Part shown: piece after piece, positions 25,734 to 39,706 of the stretch
Layout of the letters: each line of letters starts with the position of its first letter
Numbering within the stretch: the stretch's first letter is position 1
DNA from: Eledone cirrhosa
Lineage: Eukaryota
Assembly (NCBI GenBank): GCA_964016885.1
Contig: OZ024740.1
Location: 70,928,001 to 70,992,000, forward strand
Length of the DNA: 64,000 nt
Direction: 5' to 3'
The notes under the pieces: generated by a model
The model's database searches: none
What the model saw: the letters and a program-made list of their open reading frames with translations, nothing else
Told to the model about the DNA's origin: nothing
Position numbers and translations under genes: made by a program

Positions 25734-25919
25734 AACCAGTAAGACTCCGACGGCTGAGCTCAAGCCGTTTCGACGGCTAATTCTGGACTAATTAGCCGTC
25801 GAAACGGCTTGAGCTCAGCCGTCGGGGTCTTACTGGTTCCTATTACCCACTCTACTACCCTAAGTATTGAGTACTTTGGTGCGTTATGGTCCACCTGGTT
25901 TCTTACCACATTTCCTTCG

Positions 25920-25920
<1 letters not shown>
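25732..25920. repeat. Fold-back family H copy
   Basis: Palindrome centred near 25790; same tail as 6315-6375. Confidence 0.8.
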
Positions 25921-25990
<70 letters not shown>

Positions 25991-25995
<5 letters not shown>

Positions 25996-26798
25996 AAAGT
26001 TTGTCCTTCATCAGTGATCTTCCAACCATCATAGGCATTTCATCGCTTTAAAGACCATATACCTCCGGTTGGTGCGAACAACGGCTAAAAAAAGTCGTTG
26101 GGACACGTAAATAAAGGGGACGCGAGGGTAAACAAACAAAATGGTTAAGCAACAGAAAGTGAGGAAGGAAAAGATAAGTCCCAGATTTTTATGAATTTAA
26201 GTTCGGTGAAATCGTGAACGAGAGAATAAAGACCATCAAACCTGGTTGAAATGTGAGCAAGGAAGGAATTTCGCACAGGTCGAACGGGAGGAAGAAGAGG
26301 TCTAGTCTGCGAATTCGGTAAACATAAGTTCTGGGAAATCGCAGACGAGAGAGAAAAAAAATTCATACCAGCTTGGTCAGCGTGCGGGAGAAAAAGAATT
26401 ACACACAGGTCAAACGGGAAGAAAGGGGAGGAGAGGTAGTGACAGAGAAAGAGTGAGTGAAGGGTGAGGAAGAGGCTAACAGAGAGAGAGAAACTGCTAG
26501 AAAGGGTAAAGATACATAGAACGAAAGAGACGGGTAGCAGCAGAGGAAAAATTATATGTGTATATATGAAAATAATGGAGCTGCGGCGTTGCAAATGGGT
26601 TACATATGAAAAAAGTTTGTCCTTCATCAGTGATCTTCCAACCATCATAGGCATTTCAACGCTTTAAAGACCATATACCTCCGGTTGGTGCGAACAACGG
26701 CTAAAAAAAGTCGTTGGGACACGTAAATAAAGGGGACGCGAGGGTAAACAAACAAAATGGTTAAGCAACAGAAAGTCAGGAAGGAAAAGACAAGTCCC
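25991..26798. repeat. Partial tandem repeat, period ~616 bp (25991-26182 matches 26607-26798)
   Basis: Near-identical ~190-bp direct repeats flanking a purine-rich spacer. Confidence 0.85.
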
Positions 26799-27237
26799 AT
26801 ACGATATATTAACAAATGGAGACTATATTTATAAAACCATATTTATTTCATTATACATATTTCAAGAACACCAAGTTAAATTATGGTATGCTTTCATCAG
26901 ATAAAATATAATATAGAGCAGTTTTATAAATAAATATTGACATACCCTTAAAGAATGCGACCATATCCGGGAGCTTCCAACATAAATGGACTCATTCTTT
27001 AAGGGTATGTCAATATTTATTTATAAAACTGCTCTATATTATATTTTATCTGATGAAAGCACACTATAATTTAACTTGGTGTCCTTGAAATATGTATAAT
27101 GAAATAAATATGGTTTTATAAATATAGTTTCCATTTGTTAATATATCGTATTTTTACTCCAATAAGTTGTTGAGTGCTTTATAACAGTTATAAAAATATT
27201 TGCTTGTTGTATCCCAACAATTTAAATAGAACTTCTA
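26799..27237 (+). mobile_element. Penelope-like remnant family F with an inverted arm (26799-26957 vs 26993-27151)
   Basis: Inverted repeat with a few mismatches, containing a hammerhead. Confidence 0.8.
27044..27104 (+). ncRNA. Type I hammerhead (family F); antisense copy at 26846-26906
   Basis: ttttat CTGATGA aagcacac...ggtgtcctt GAAA tatgt ATA atgaaa. Confidence 0.72.
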
Positions 27238-27482
27238 CATATATATATATATATTTATATATATATATATTTTCTTTTGTAAATTTATTTCACACACTTC
27301 CTGTCTGTTATCTGTCAGGACTTCAATTTTTCTCACAACAAAAGATAGAAAGAGCATACATGTATGTGTGTGTGTGTGTGTGTGCGTGTCTATGTGTGTG
27401 TGCGAACATACACACGTACATTCATACATTCATTTATTGCATTCGTGCACATAATACATACATGGATGCATATATGTAATAT

Positions 27483-27645
27483 AATTGTTTCTACTTTAGG
27501 CACAAGGCTGGTACTTTATTTTATCGACCCCGTAAGGATGAAAGGCAAAGTTAACCTCAGCGGGATTTGAACTCAGACTGTAAAGGGACGTAACTATGCT
27601 AGACAGTATGGCGTCCAACCCTCTACCGATACTGCCAATTCACCG
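27483..27645 (-). mobile_element. tRNA-derived SINE
   Basis: Reverse complement of the gagttcaaatcccgc.gaggttaactttgcctttcatccttacggggtcgataaaataaagtaccag core. Confidence 0.85.
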
Positions 27646-27848
27646 ATGCATATATGTAATATAATGTATGATTATGCCTATGTATAATGTATATATACTT
27701 TTCCTTGTATGCTTTTTTTATGCGGTTTCTTTGTATGGTGTATATAAGAATTATTACTGCACGGGGTGCACACGTGAAGGATCAAGCATATACTGTACAT
27801 GCTCAGTGTAATAGATACTCCATTGTAATTATTATTATTATTATTATT

Positions 27849-30800
27849 GGTCTGTTCGGACGCTTTTTGCTCGCTCCCAGTAAGTCGCTTTATTTACCTG
27901 TTATAATTATTTGTTGCTTAATTTTTCTTGTTGTGTAATTGATATAAGCCCTGAGAAGGGGAAAGTATAATATTTGGGCATTTTGGCCCAAATATTTTAT
28001 TAATATTTGAACATTTTACTTTTAAAAATAAAAAAAAACATGGCTGAGCCACGCCCCCCAACAATGTGGCTGCTGTCGTGTGACAACGGAGTAAAAGTTG
28101 AGAGGAGGGTTACAGAAATTGATACAACAAACACCACCACAAACAACGTGAACAAAGACAACAACACTGAGAACAATAATTTTGAAAAAATTACCAGACC
28201 AACTACAAGAATAACAGCGACAACACCAACAGCAACAATAGAAATTGCACCGAAAACAACAACAACGGTGGCACCAAAAACACAACCAACTACAACAGTG
28301 ATAACAGCAACAACACCAACAACACCGTTTGTAGCAGTAGCAACAGCAACAGCACCAACAACAAGACCAGTAGCAGCAGTAGCGGCAGCAATAATGGTGC
28401 CGCTGAAAAAGGGGCCACTTCTTTCGCAGGTGTGGCCCGAAATGTAGAGACAGTGCTAGTCACGCAGGAGGAGATGGCAGTCGCAAGAGCCATGGTGACT
28501 AGAAATGATAATAGAGTTTCCCTGAAACCTCCACCCGATTTCTTCAAAGACCAGCAACTGCGCACGGTGATTTACCGCACCGTAAGCAAAATGTCGCATC
28601 GGGTGGAGAGAGCCACGGAGGCGCAAATCCAAAAGGCCTTGGGGTGCGTCTGGGCGCGCAAAACCCACATCATCCGAGGCGAAAAGTACGCCACAGTAGA
28701 CGTACTTTTCGCCACCCCCCAAGAGGCGAAGTCTCACTCTTTGGAAACCCTAAAGAGTGAGGAGATAGTCTTGGTGCCCTCCTACTGCGGGCAGAAAATT
28801 GTGAGGGTCAACGTGACCCAGGTCCCGCCTGACGTGCCCATACCTTGGCTGGCCGCGTCTGTACTGGCTGGAATCGAGGAGAAGACCACCATACTGCAAA
28901 TACAGAGAATGGGAAGAGAGAACTGGTCAGGAATAGGCATGCAAATGCTAATACAGACTGACCAGGAGTGCATCGAGGCCATCCCAGATATCATAGACCT
29001 AGAAGATGGGCTCCATCTCCCTATAACCGTGGAAGGAAGGCACCCAAAGTGCTATCTCTGTGGGCAGAAGGGTCACCTCAGGGCCTTCTGCCCACAGAAG
29101 ACATCCAAGAAGAGGGTCCCCCCTCCTTCCGACGCCTGATCCGCTGCTACCAAGAGCAGGGCAGGCAACAGAGGCAGATGACCCTTCCATGGTGAGTAGG
29201 ATGGCAACGTCAGTGGCACACATACCAAGGCCACGGACAACTAAAGCAGCGGCAGCAGTGGCGGCAACACCAACAGTCGCAGTAGCTACGCCGGCGGTAA
29301 AATCGCCGGAGCAGGCTCCACTACCACCACCAACAGCAGTGGAGCTCATACCCCTCCCGGACGCCGCGGGGTCCGACATGCAGTGTGATGCGGGAGGGAA
29401 GTGGCAAACGGTCCGCCACAAAAAAAACAAAACAGAAAAAAAACCTTAGCTTCACCCTCCAAAAGCGAAAGCAGACAAAGGGGGGGGGGGGTAAAGGCTG
29501 CAAGGAGACTTGCAGCAACACCACCACCATCACCACCACAAGCATCACCACCAACAACAACCACACCACCACAAGCATCACCACCAACAACAACCACACC
29601 ACCACCAGCCTCACCAAAAAGACCAACATCGCAAACACAACAAAACACACACACCCAACAGCAACAACAAGAAAACAGCAACAAAATCACCCCTCCCCCA
29701 AAAAAGTATACAGCCATAAACATGGCAAATAAAGAACTCTTACAATATATAAAGCAGCACACAGACATCACAGAAAAAAACTACTACACCCCACCAACAC
29801 CAAGAACTCTCCCGAAAAACATAAACATAATTGAAATCAAAATAGAACATTACAAACTGTTAAAAGAAAAATTCCCCAACGCAGTTGGAGACGTCAGAGG
29901 GTCGGTTACTAAGAGGATATACACCGACATCATCTTGGAAGCACCCATGACCAGCGAAAGGGACGGTTCTACTGTCCTTTCACCACACGATCAAGGTAAG
30001 TGATCCTTTCTCACTTACCCCGTTTCTCATCCAACATGGCTGTACTCAGAATAGGCAGTATAAATGTACGTGGCCTGGGTTCATCTTGGAAGCAGGGTCA
30101 CCTGCTCAACGACCTCAGGTCACTAAACATAGATGTGGTGGCCATCAGCGAGACCAGAATCTCCGAAGCACGAGCCTTCGCACCGATCTTCGGCGGCTAC
30201 GATGTATACGCATCTCCTAGCCGCCCGGGATCGGGGCGGGGGGGGGGGGGGGGCGTGCTTTTTCGGAGAGGCTTGGATCTCGCCATACGTACTATCTTCC
30301 TGGACCCAGAACCCAGAAGGTAAGTCGGTGGTGCTGAACGTGACCGGCAGCGAAAGCAATGCGTTCAGGCTAGTAGCTGTCTACGCCCCAACAGGTGCAG
30401 GACGGCCAGATTTCTTCAGACGTCTAGAGACCTTTCTTGGAACGTCCCGCTCTTTAGTGTTAATGGGTGACTGGAACGGTATGTTAGATGCACGCTGGGA
30501 ATATGTGGGGCTAGTAGACAGGGAAGGAGGGTGTAAAAGCCTCAACAACCTGCTCAGACGTTTTGAACTGTCTGACAGGTATAGACTGGATTATCCGAAT
30601 GTGCCAATATGGACATGGGCAAACCGCATCGGGTCATCCAGATCGTATTTAGATAGGGTATTCTGTAGGGAAACAGTTAAGTCCAGTGTAGGTTGTCCAC
30701 AATTTAAATTAGTCGACTACACGGGCCACAAATTTGTGATCTGTGAAGTTGACTTAAATAGACTCCATAGGCAAAGGCCCGGCTACTGGAAGCTGAACGC

Positions 30801-33601
30801 GTCGTTCCCGTCGCGCAAAGCTTACAGTGACCGAATTAGCGAATTAGTTAAGCGTGCGTTGGAAAATAGAGTAGATGGCATCGCAACCAACGTGCTTGCG
30901 GCGAAATTGGCACTCGACCAATTCTTCAATGCAAAGCATGAAGGCTGCGTTGTTAAAAGCTAGAGCGCGTGCTCTAAGACACGAGGGGACGAAAGCCATT
31001 CAAAGGGCCCGGGTGGTGGAGGCGCGACGTGGCAACAAGTCCACAATTCGGTCTTTGCCTGATCAAAACGGGCGCATGTTGTTCGAACCCGAGCAGATGT
31101 GTGCGGCTTTTCAACAGCACTTTGCTCAATTGTTCGGGAGCGGCGGCGGGCCGGATCGGAGTATGGACTTCGGTGCATACCTCGACGGACTTCCGCGGCT
31201 CTCGACGAGCGCAGCGCAGTGCTGCGAAAAGCCGATAACAGCAGGTGAAATACGGGAAGTCATGTCTGACTGTACGAGGGGTAAATCGCCAAGTTTGGAT
31301 GGTCTGCCCTCTACGAGCTTTATGCGTATATGCCAGACTTGTTCAGCGACCTCTTGGCAGATGTCTACTGCAACTGGCAGCAGAACGGGAGCGTTCCCAG
31401 TTTTGTGAGGCGAGGATCGGTGGCGCTGCTGAGAAAAGACCCGAACAAGGGGGACCTTATAGACAACTTCAGGCCGATAACTCTGCTAAACGCAGAGTTT
31501 AAGATTTGGGCCAAGGTGTTAGTAAAGAGATTGTCGCTTGTCGTCAGTGATCTGGTAGGAGAGGCTCAGACATGCGCCATTCCGGACAAATCCAGCCACG
31601 ACAACCTCCATCTCATGCGATACATCATAGAGAGGGGGGTTAAGGAACCTGGTACGGGTGGGGCCCTGATCAACTTGGATCAATCTAAAGCATTTGATAG
31701 GGTCGACAATCTGTACCTGGCTGTTGTCCTCGGCGCGGCCGGCTTCGGGCCCGTTTTAGGGGCTGTATCGCTGCCATGCACAGCGACATCTGCTCCATTG
31801 TGAGGGTGAATGGTCACCTGTCGCAGCCTTTTAGCATCATGCGCTCGGTCCGCCAGGGTTTCCCCCGCTTGTCCCTCTTGTACGTACTGGCCCTAGAGCC
31901 GTTACTGCACAAATTGGAGAGGATGAGGGGGGTCCACACGAACTGGGATGCAGGAGATCCGTGTCAGCTTATGCCGACAACGTCACCGTGGTGGTGTCGA
32001 GCACCAAACACGTCCAGATGCTCGGCACCGCTCTCAAGGAATACGAAGCGGTGACAGGAGCAAAGATAAACCAGGAAAGGTCGGTGGGCTCGCAGCTCGG
32101 CACCTGGAGAAGCAAGTCCATGCCGCCCGACAGAGTCGTGAGGCGCTGGACGGAAGGACCGGTTAAATCGCACGGGGTCTGATTCGGTCCGGACCTCCAG
32201 ATGGAGAAAAACTGGAGCGAGGTGACGACCAGGGTGGCCTCTCTCACCCAGAAATGGGCCGAGAGGAGGCTGTCTCTGAAAGGTCGGGCGGAGGTGGAGA
32301 ATGCGTACATCGCGTCCGTCATCTGCTACCACCTGACGGTCGTACCTTGCCCCCGCCCAACTCTGACCAAAATGGAGCGCCTTCTCTTCCGCTTTTTGTG
32401 GAAGCGACGTACTCCCATGGTCAGACGATCCATTTGCTGTCCAACACCCGTTGCGTGGAGGACTAGGCATGCCGTGGCTGATGATGCGCAAACATGCGCT
32501 GAGGCTGCCACATCGCTGGTGCTTCCTTGACGGTGAACAGGTGTGGTCACCGTTTTCCAGAGGCACTTTTCCCTAGCTCGTCTCCTTGACGGAGCTGCAG
32601 TCCTGGATCAGGAAAAGACCGAGGGATAGCGCTTGGAAGCTGGAATGTCTCCAAGCGCTCACCGCCCTCTACCAGCTGGACACTAGTATCAGTGGAACAT
32701 CCACCTCGGCGTTCTATAGAGGGCTAATGGAGGGCAAGAGCGACGACGTTCTCGGGGAGACCCTGGGCGTCGAAGAATATCAGCTGTTCGCTCTCTTCAA
32801 GAGAACTTTCAAGCCGGGGCCTATGGACAACTTCCAGAAATCCCTGGCCTGGCAGTGCTACAGGGGAGCGTTGCCGGTTCGGGATAAGCTCTACAGGCAC
32901 GGAGGTGCTGTCAGTCGAGCCTGTCCGAGATGCGCGCAGGGCGACGAAACCGTCCAGCACGCACTCGTTCAGTGCCCGAGGATTGCTGACTTGTGGAGCT
33001 ATGTCGAACAGCTGCTGTCGTGTGTAGGACGGATCTGGTTATCGACTGAGTCCATTGTGCAGATAGCCCCGCCATCCTCCTTTAAAGAGGAGGAAGGACA
33101 GGCAGTTTTCATCTGCCAGGAGGCAATAGCGAAAGAGATTGTGTGGTGGACAAGGAAAGGGTTGAAGACGGACACTTTCCTCTCCGGCCAATCCCTGATT
33201 AACTTTTTCAAGTTTCACTTGAAGAGGAAAATCAGGGTGAAGAGGCAAGTGCTGTCTTCTAGTAAGTTTGTTGAAAGGTGGGTGAAAGTGGCGAGTCTGG
33301 TCCGAGTGAACGGGCCCGCTCTGAGTATGTGCCTGTAGACTGAGGAGTGGGAAAAGTGAGAGAGGGTGCTTGCCCTGGTGGTCATGGTGGCCGTGGTCTT
33401 TTGTGGGGTTTTCACCACGAGTGACCCTCTGACGTTTCCCCCTTCTTGGGGAATTTTTGTTGTTTGAATCTTTTTGATTTCTAGCCAGATTTTGTTATAA
33501 CCTCTTTACACGACCAAAACCCACTTTGTATCGTCTTGTATTGTTCTGTGCCGTCTCTAATGTTTACCTTCATGTTAACCCTTGTGTCCACTAAAGAAAC
33601 C
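27849..33601 (+). mobile_element. Full-length, heavily frameshifted Tx1/L1-clade LINE, element 2 (different subfamily)
   Basis: ORF1 ~28040-30003 (CYLCGQKGHLRAFC); ORF2 30036-33338 (APE, RT, CPRC...HALVQC); (ATT)n upstream and cattatt at the 3' end. Confidence 0.92.
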
Positions 33602-33639
33602 ATTATTTTTATATATTATGAATATTATTATTATTATAG

Positions 33640-34200
33640 GGCTGCAGATTGGCAGTATCGGTAGAGCGTCGGACACTGTTTTGCAGCATAGAGTTACGGC
33701 CCTTTACGGCCTGAGTTCAAATCATGCCGAGGTTAACTTTGCGTTTCATCCTTACGGAGTCGATAAAATAAAGCACCAGTCACGCATTGGGGTCAATTTA
33801 ATCGACTTTCCCCTCCCCCAAAATTACTGACCTTGTGCTTGTACTAGAAATCATTTGCTTTCTAGCATAGTCACGTCCCTTTACGATCTGAGTTCAAATC
33901 CCGCCGAGGTTGACTTTGCCTTTCATCCTTACGAGGTCGATAAAATAAAGTACCAGTAATGCACTGGGTAATTGCTGGCCTTGTGCCTAAAGTAGAGACA
34001 ATTATTAATATTATTATTATAGGGCTGTGGATTGGCAGAATCAGCAGAGCGTCGGACACCATGCTTAGCAGCATAGAGTTACGGTCCTTTACGGTCTGAG
34101 TTCAAATTCCCCCAAGGTTAACTTTGCCTTTCATCCTTACGGGGTCGATGAAATAAATTACCAGTAATACGCTGGGGTAATTGTGCCAAAAGTAGAAACC
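33640..34200 (+). mobile_element. Three tandem tRNA-derived SINE copies (33640-33850, 33862-34000, 34021-34200)
   Basis: A-box-like tggcagtatcgg, B-box gagttcaaatc, conserved central domain, ATT tails. Confidence 0.88.
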
Positions 34201-34369
34201 ATTATTATTATGGTTAATTTTTGAAATCTCAGACATAGATGTTAAACGATCTGGATATTTCAATTAAGGAGCACCACAAATGGATTACTAGAAAATCAGG
34301 ATCTTTATATTTTGATATTTTCTCCATTTCGTTGATAAATATATTGTCACGTCCTTCCTTCGCTTGAAT

Positions 34370-35731
34370 AGGGTTAGTGACCCTTTCCCACTTTTCTTCC
34401 TTTTCTTCAAGCATAACCTCACTCAGGTTAGGCAGTGAAAATGTAGGTGGTTTAGGGTCATCTCGGAAGCAATGTCACTTGCTAAACGACCTCAGGTCGC
34501 TGAACGCAGATGTGACGATCATCAGTGAGACCAGAATGTCCAAGGCACGAGCCTTCACACACATTTTCGTCGGCTACGCATCTCCAAGCAGTCTGGGATC
34601 AGGGGGCGGAATCGCTGAAACGGACCCAGAAGGTACGTTTGTTGTGCTGGATGTGACCAGCAGCGAAGGGCTTGCTTTCGGGCTAGTGGCTGTCTATGCT
34701 CCCGACAGGGCAGAGCGGCCTAATTTCTTGAGGCACCAGGAGGCCTTTCTAGAAACGTCCAGTTCTATCATTTTAGTGGGTGACTGGAACGGTATCTCAA
34801 ACGCACACTGTGACTGGGGCTACAGATACTGGAGGAGAGTGGAAAAGTCTCACAAACCTATTCAGACATTTCCAACTGTCTGACAAGTACTGATTGTGTT
34901 CTCGAATGTACCAATGTGGACATGGAAAACCGCATCGGATCATCCAGATCGTAACTCACGTATTCTGTGGGGAGTAGAAAAGGTTAGCATAGGGTGTACA
35001 CCATTGAAAGTAGTCGACTATACAGGTCACAAACTTGTGATATGTACAGTGGACTTAGATAGGTTTCATAGACAGGGACAGGGACCCGATCACTGGGAGC
35101 TGAACGTGTCCTTTTCGGCGCGCAAAGCCTACAGAGACCGGATTAGTGAATTAGTTAAGCGGACGTTGCCGGGAGAAATCGTCAACAACAAAAGGGGCGA
35201 TTGGGATAGAATTGATTAGGTTTGGTAAAGGAGTAGCGATAGAGATAACTAGAATAATGGGAAGGCTTGTTAAAAGGCTGGAAAAAGCGTTTAGGAAACA
35301 TGCTTGTGGCGAGGTTGGCTCTCGATAATTTCTACAATGCAAAGCCCAAAGGCTGCATTGTCAGAGCTTGTGCACATGCTCTTAGACACGAAGGGACGAA
35401 AGCAATTCAATGGGACCAAGTGGCGGAGGCATGATGTGGAAACAAAGCCACGGTCCAGTCCTTAGAGGACTACAACGAACGCATGTTACTCGATCCCAAG
35501 CAGATGTGTGCCATTTTTCAGCAACACTTCGCTTAACTGTTCGAGAGTAGTGGTGAACCGTATTGTTTTAAAAAGTCGAAAACAGATGTTGAAATACGGA
35601 GAGCAATAACTAAGTCGCCTGGTTTGGATGGTTTGTACTACGAAATTTATGCTTACGTGCCAGACTTATTCGATGACCTCTTGGCAGACGTCTACTCCAA
35701 CTGGCAGCAGAACGGAAGAATTCCCAGTTCT
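34370..35731 (+). mobile_element. Old Tx1 ORF2 fragment (APE to pre-RT)
   Basis: HLLNDLRSLN, ISETR, VAVYAP, GDWNG, SPGLDGL. Confidence 0.85.
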
Positions 35732-35754
35732 ATGGTTTAGACACCAAACCACCC

Positions 35755-35910
35755 CGCTTCGCGGCATAACATTATGGCTCTTCACGTTCTGAGTTCAAAT
35801 CCCGCCGAGGTTAGCTTTGCTTTTCATCCTTACGGGATCGATCAAATAAAGTACCAGTGACGCACTGGGGTCGATTTAATCGACTTTCCCCTTCCGAAAT
35901 CAGAAACCAT
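35755..35910 (+). mobile_element. tRNA-derived SINE
   Basis: Same core sequence. Confidence 0.85.
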
Positions 35911-36534
35911 TATTATTGTTGTTGTTGTTGTTGTAAGAATAACAATAATAGAAATTGTAATAAATATACATAATAAAAATCATATGTCAACAAGAATCAT
36001 TTCCACAATAGTGGAAGATTGCACTTTATGATATTTCCAGAGGGATCCCTACACTAAACCCCAGATTACTCTCTTGTCTCACGGACATTGAAAGTGCCTT
36101 TTCCCGGTTTCTTTCCTTATGCTTTCTTTCCTCGTTCCTGTCAACTATCTTTCATAAAATAGACTAAGTGTGTTAGTGAATAACATAAGAAGATAAAATC
36201 TTAACCCTTTTTTATACCAAACTACCTAAAACTATCCCTCGTTCTACAGTACAAAACTGTTTGAAAGTGTTTATATTTATCTAAAAACCTCCCACCGTAA
36301 TTTTATATAAGAATTTGTCAAGTTATGTTCCAAACACCAGCTTGATAATGATCGAGTTAGTTATATTACTAAATCTCTCAACATTCTTGGTTATTTTCAA
36401 AATTATTTGAAAATCACAAGCAGCGTTTTTCATTGGGAATAACGTAGTCTGTTTATAGTAATGTAAATAATTACCACCTGAAAATTCACTGAGAAATTAA
36501 TCACTGAAATATTTGTAACGTATTATTTATATAT

Positions 36535-36660
36535 TTACGGCCTGAGTTCAAATCCCGCCGAGGTTAACTTTGCCTTTCATCCTTACGGGGTCGATAAAAT
36601 AAAGTACCAGTAATGTACTGGGATAATTGCTGGCCTTGTGCCAAAAGTAGAAACAATTAT
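36535..36660 (+). mobile_element. tRNA-derived SINE, 5'-truncated
   Basis: Same core sequence. Confidence 0.85.
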
Positions 36661-38089
36661 TTATATATTTACATACTTACATATTTATTGGGCTGGTTGC
36701 AAAAAGTAATTCTTCTCGCCCAACTTTGCAGTGTATTCCAATCTTAGTACTTGATTCAGTATCAGACGGTGTTATATTCTGTATTATAATTTTTTCAGCT
36801 TTTTAAAATTAAAATAATTTCTTAAAATTAATTACAAGTTTCAGGTACATTCCCTGTAAACTACTTAGTAAAGTAACCTCCCCTAAAACTGGTTGGTTAA
36901 GTTGTCTCCCTTTAAAATTGTTTGAAATATTTTATTCATTACAGCCCATTTTGTTTCCGTTAGTACATATTGCAATTTCTTCTTCTTCTTCTTCTTCTTC
37001 TTCTTCTTCTTCTTCTTGAGTCATCTCCTCTTTCCAAGGTGAAGCATCTATTTTGATTTTTCTAATGGCTAGAATTCATGTGGATGACCATACCTGCATA
37101 CTCATAGATTTCTCCGCTAACTAGAGCTGTTGTGCCAACCCATTGTCGAATTAACAGTTGAACATCTTCAAAGCTACTGGTGTTCACAACTCTTTCATCA
37201 TCTAATTAAACTGATGATCATCACATAAGCTACTGCTTACTATGGGACAAGCAGGATATTTATCGAGGCTTACTCCTCTAAATCTGACCTGTTCTGCTAG
37301 ACTATCCTATGATAGCCATACTTGAGTCACGTCATGTATGGTGTGGCTTTTCACCACACAGCTAGGTCTTCGAACTGGAGAGGCTAGGTACTCAGCTTGA
37401 ATGAACATATGTTGCGCATCATCAGTTCGCTGAGTGTCATGTTGAATAGACACTGGGGCGCCACAAAAGACTACCCAGTGAATCTACTACAGCTCTGCAC
37501 ATTCTTACAATTTAGATTTCAATTTAGCCATATCTCTTGCTATTTTGAGCACAGGCTCGAAGAAGAAGCCCAAACATTTCAGCTATCTATCTATGGTTTG
37601 GTGCCAAATTTCTTTTGGTTTATTCCGTTTTCTCTTTTCTTTTGGCAACCAGGAAAAATCTGTATTCAGTAGCGAGAAAATACAGCTTAAGCGAACTAGA
37701 AGAGAAAAATGGCTATTCAATAAAAGTATTCCGCCTCCAAAACAGTATAATGGCAGAAACGATAAAGCACCTGACTAATTGTCTATTTCACAAATTAGTT
37801 ACATCATTGTTTGAAAAAATATCTTCATATCTATAAACAGTAAATTTATTTTCTTGGTAGATGAAATGTACCCATTGGAGGTAAATTTGCCACGAGTTGG
37901 GAATCCCAGAGTTAAGTCAAAAACCAATGGGAATATACTCAATACAGATATCAACGTTTCTCATATCTAGTGTTAAAGTTGAAAGGGGGGTTACTTTATT
38001 AACTAAATTAAAGGGAAACAACCTAAAATTTGAAGCAACATTTGCTAGTACAAATGTAGAGTGGTGAGGACAGCATCGGATGAAATAGT

Positions 38090-38370
38090 TCATCCTTATA
38101 GTGCCGATAAAATAAAGTACCAATAACGCCGGGAGCTCGATTTAATCGACTTTCACCATCCCAAATTGCTGGCCTTGTACTAAATGTAAAAACTTTTGTT
38201 TTAACATAGAATAAAATGCGTTGCAACTCTTTACATTCCGAGTTCAATGGAGTCCATTTTGATTTTCATCCTTCCAGAGCCACTAAAATAAAGTACTAGT
38301 CCTGTACTGAGGTCGATTCAATTGACTTTCCCCTTTCCACAAATTTCTGGTATTGTACCTAAATTTGAAA
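38090..38370 (+). mobile_element. Two degenerate SINE fragments
   Basis: ttcatcc...aaaataaagtac...gatttaatcgactttc occurs twice. Confidence 0.65.
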
Positions 38371-38569
38371 TCATTGATGTTATTCAAAAATTGAACGGTG
38401 ATGATTCCCGTATTATACAATCTCATCTGTTTATATGTTAGGCAGTGGATTTCAGTGACTGCTTGAGATGTGTTTTCCATTTCAAGGCATTGTAACCAAA
38501 TACCAAGGATCTTTATGCATTTTTGAGGTATCAATAGTTGATTCATTAAGTATATTTCATATGAGACTT

Positions 38570-38965
38570 GGACACTGACCAAGAGGCTCACTCAGATGGT
38601 GGATGGGTGCTACACAAGAATGCCGAGGATGGCTCTGAGCATTAATCAGTATACACTGAGGATGAAGAACTCAGAGCTGTACGGGAGCCTCCCAAAAGTC
38701 AGCTCAACTGTGACACAGAGGAGACTAAGGTTGGCTGGACAGGCTCGTCGACATCCAGAGTTGACACTGCACTCAGTGCTCCCGTGGGATCCCCTGCATG
38801 GACACACTGGAAGAGGAAGACTGAGGTTAACATATGTTGATGCCCTAAGGACAGACACTGGTCTCTTGGAGACGCAGGACATGGCAGCGATAATGAGGGA
38901 CAGAGACGGCTGGAGAGAACTTGTCCATGAATCTCGGGAATTTTACCCGCCCTAGATAGATAGAT
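38570..38965 (+). mobile_element. RTE-group LINE 3' fragment with a (TAGA)n tail
   Basis: DGCYTRM.RMAL...ELYGSLPKVS...RRLRLAG...GRGR..LTYVD. Confidence 0.85.
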
Positions 38966-38989
38966 TTATAATTGATAGGTTCAGGATTA

Positions 38990-39560
38990 TGGAAGTGAAT
39001 CAATTATAGAAGGGATTAAATTGTTGACCATTTTCTTTTGCCCATAAGGGCTGTGCATAATTTGGTTTTGTTTCGTTGGTGTTACTAGATGAAGTGTATA
39101 TGTTGATGTCATCTGCAAAACCAGATAATTCCACACTTTTATTTAGAGATGTAAACAAGTCTATTGTGTAATATAGAAAGAGAATGAGTGAGACTGGAGA
39201 AACATGTGAGAAGCTCTTTAGAAGGTAAATAATTTTGCTTTTCTCATTTCCAAGAATCAGACTTGTACTATAATTAGAGAAAAAGCTTTCAACACAGTTA
39301 CAAAGATAGATGGGTGTTTTAAATTAATGACATTTTTTAACTAGAGTGACATATACTACGTTATCATAAGCTCCCTTTATGTCTAGTGAGATTAAACTGG
39401 TTGATTTTTCCAAGAGTTTTGGATTTCTGATGATTGTGCTTATTTCATGTACACAATTCTCATTGATCTCCTTAGTAAGATAATCTATTACCTATAGTTT
39501 TTCTACCATTTTAGATAGAGTACTTATAGTCCATTGAGGCAGTTCTTTTTAACACAATGC
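38990..39560 (-). pseudogene. Degraded non-LTR RT fragment (I/Tad1/R1-group-like)
   Basis: Manual translation gives STLSKMVEKL, SLISLDIKGAYDNV, SPVSLILFLYY, GFADDINIY, WAKENGQQFNP. Confidence 0.7.
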
Positions 39561-39706
39561 TTTGATGCTATTAGGAGATAAATATAGCTTTGACGAGTAG
39601 AATAAACTATAGTTTGGTAGTTTTGCAATTCTGGTTCAAAAGTTATCAACATTTTTCAATTTTGAGAGAAAATAAAAGAAAGTTGGGTCATAAGTTGTGT
39701 ACTTTA

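Noticed and set aside
25282-27151. Inverted repeats as assembly chimeras
   Set aside because: The F, B and H arms differ at several sites and have spacers, as expected for real Penelope-type inversions; the E arms look identical, so an artefact is not fully excluded there
33640-34200. Repeated units with spacers resembling a CRISPR array or tRNA cluster
   Set aside because: Tandem tRNA-derived SINEs with ATT tails; no cloverleaf, no cas genes, eukaryotic context
37397-37836. Short ORFs as a possible host exon
   Set aside because: No recognisable domain and no convincing donor site; adjacent to degraded repeat sequence
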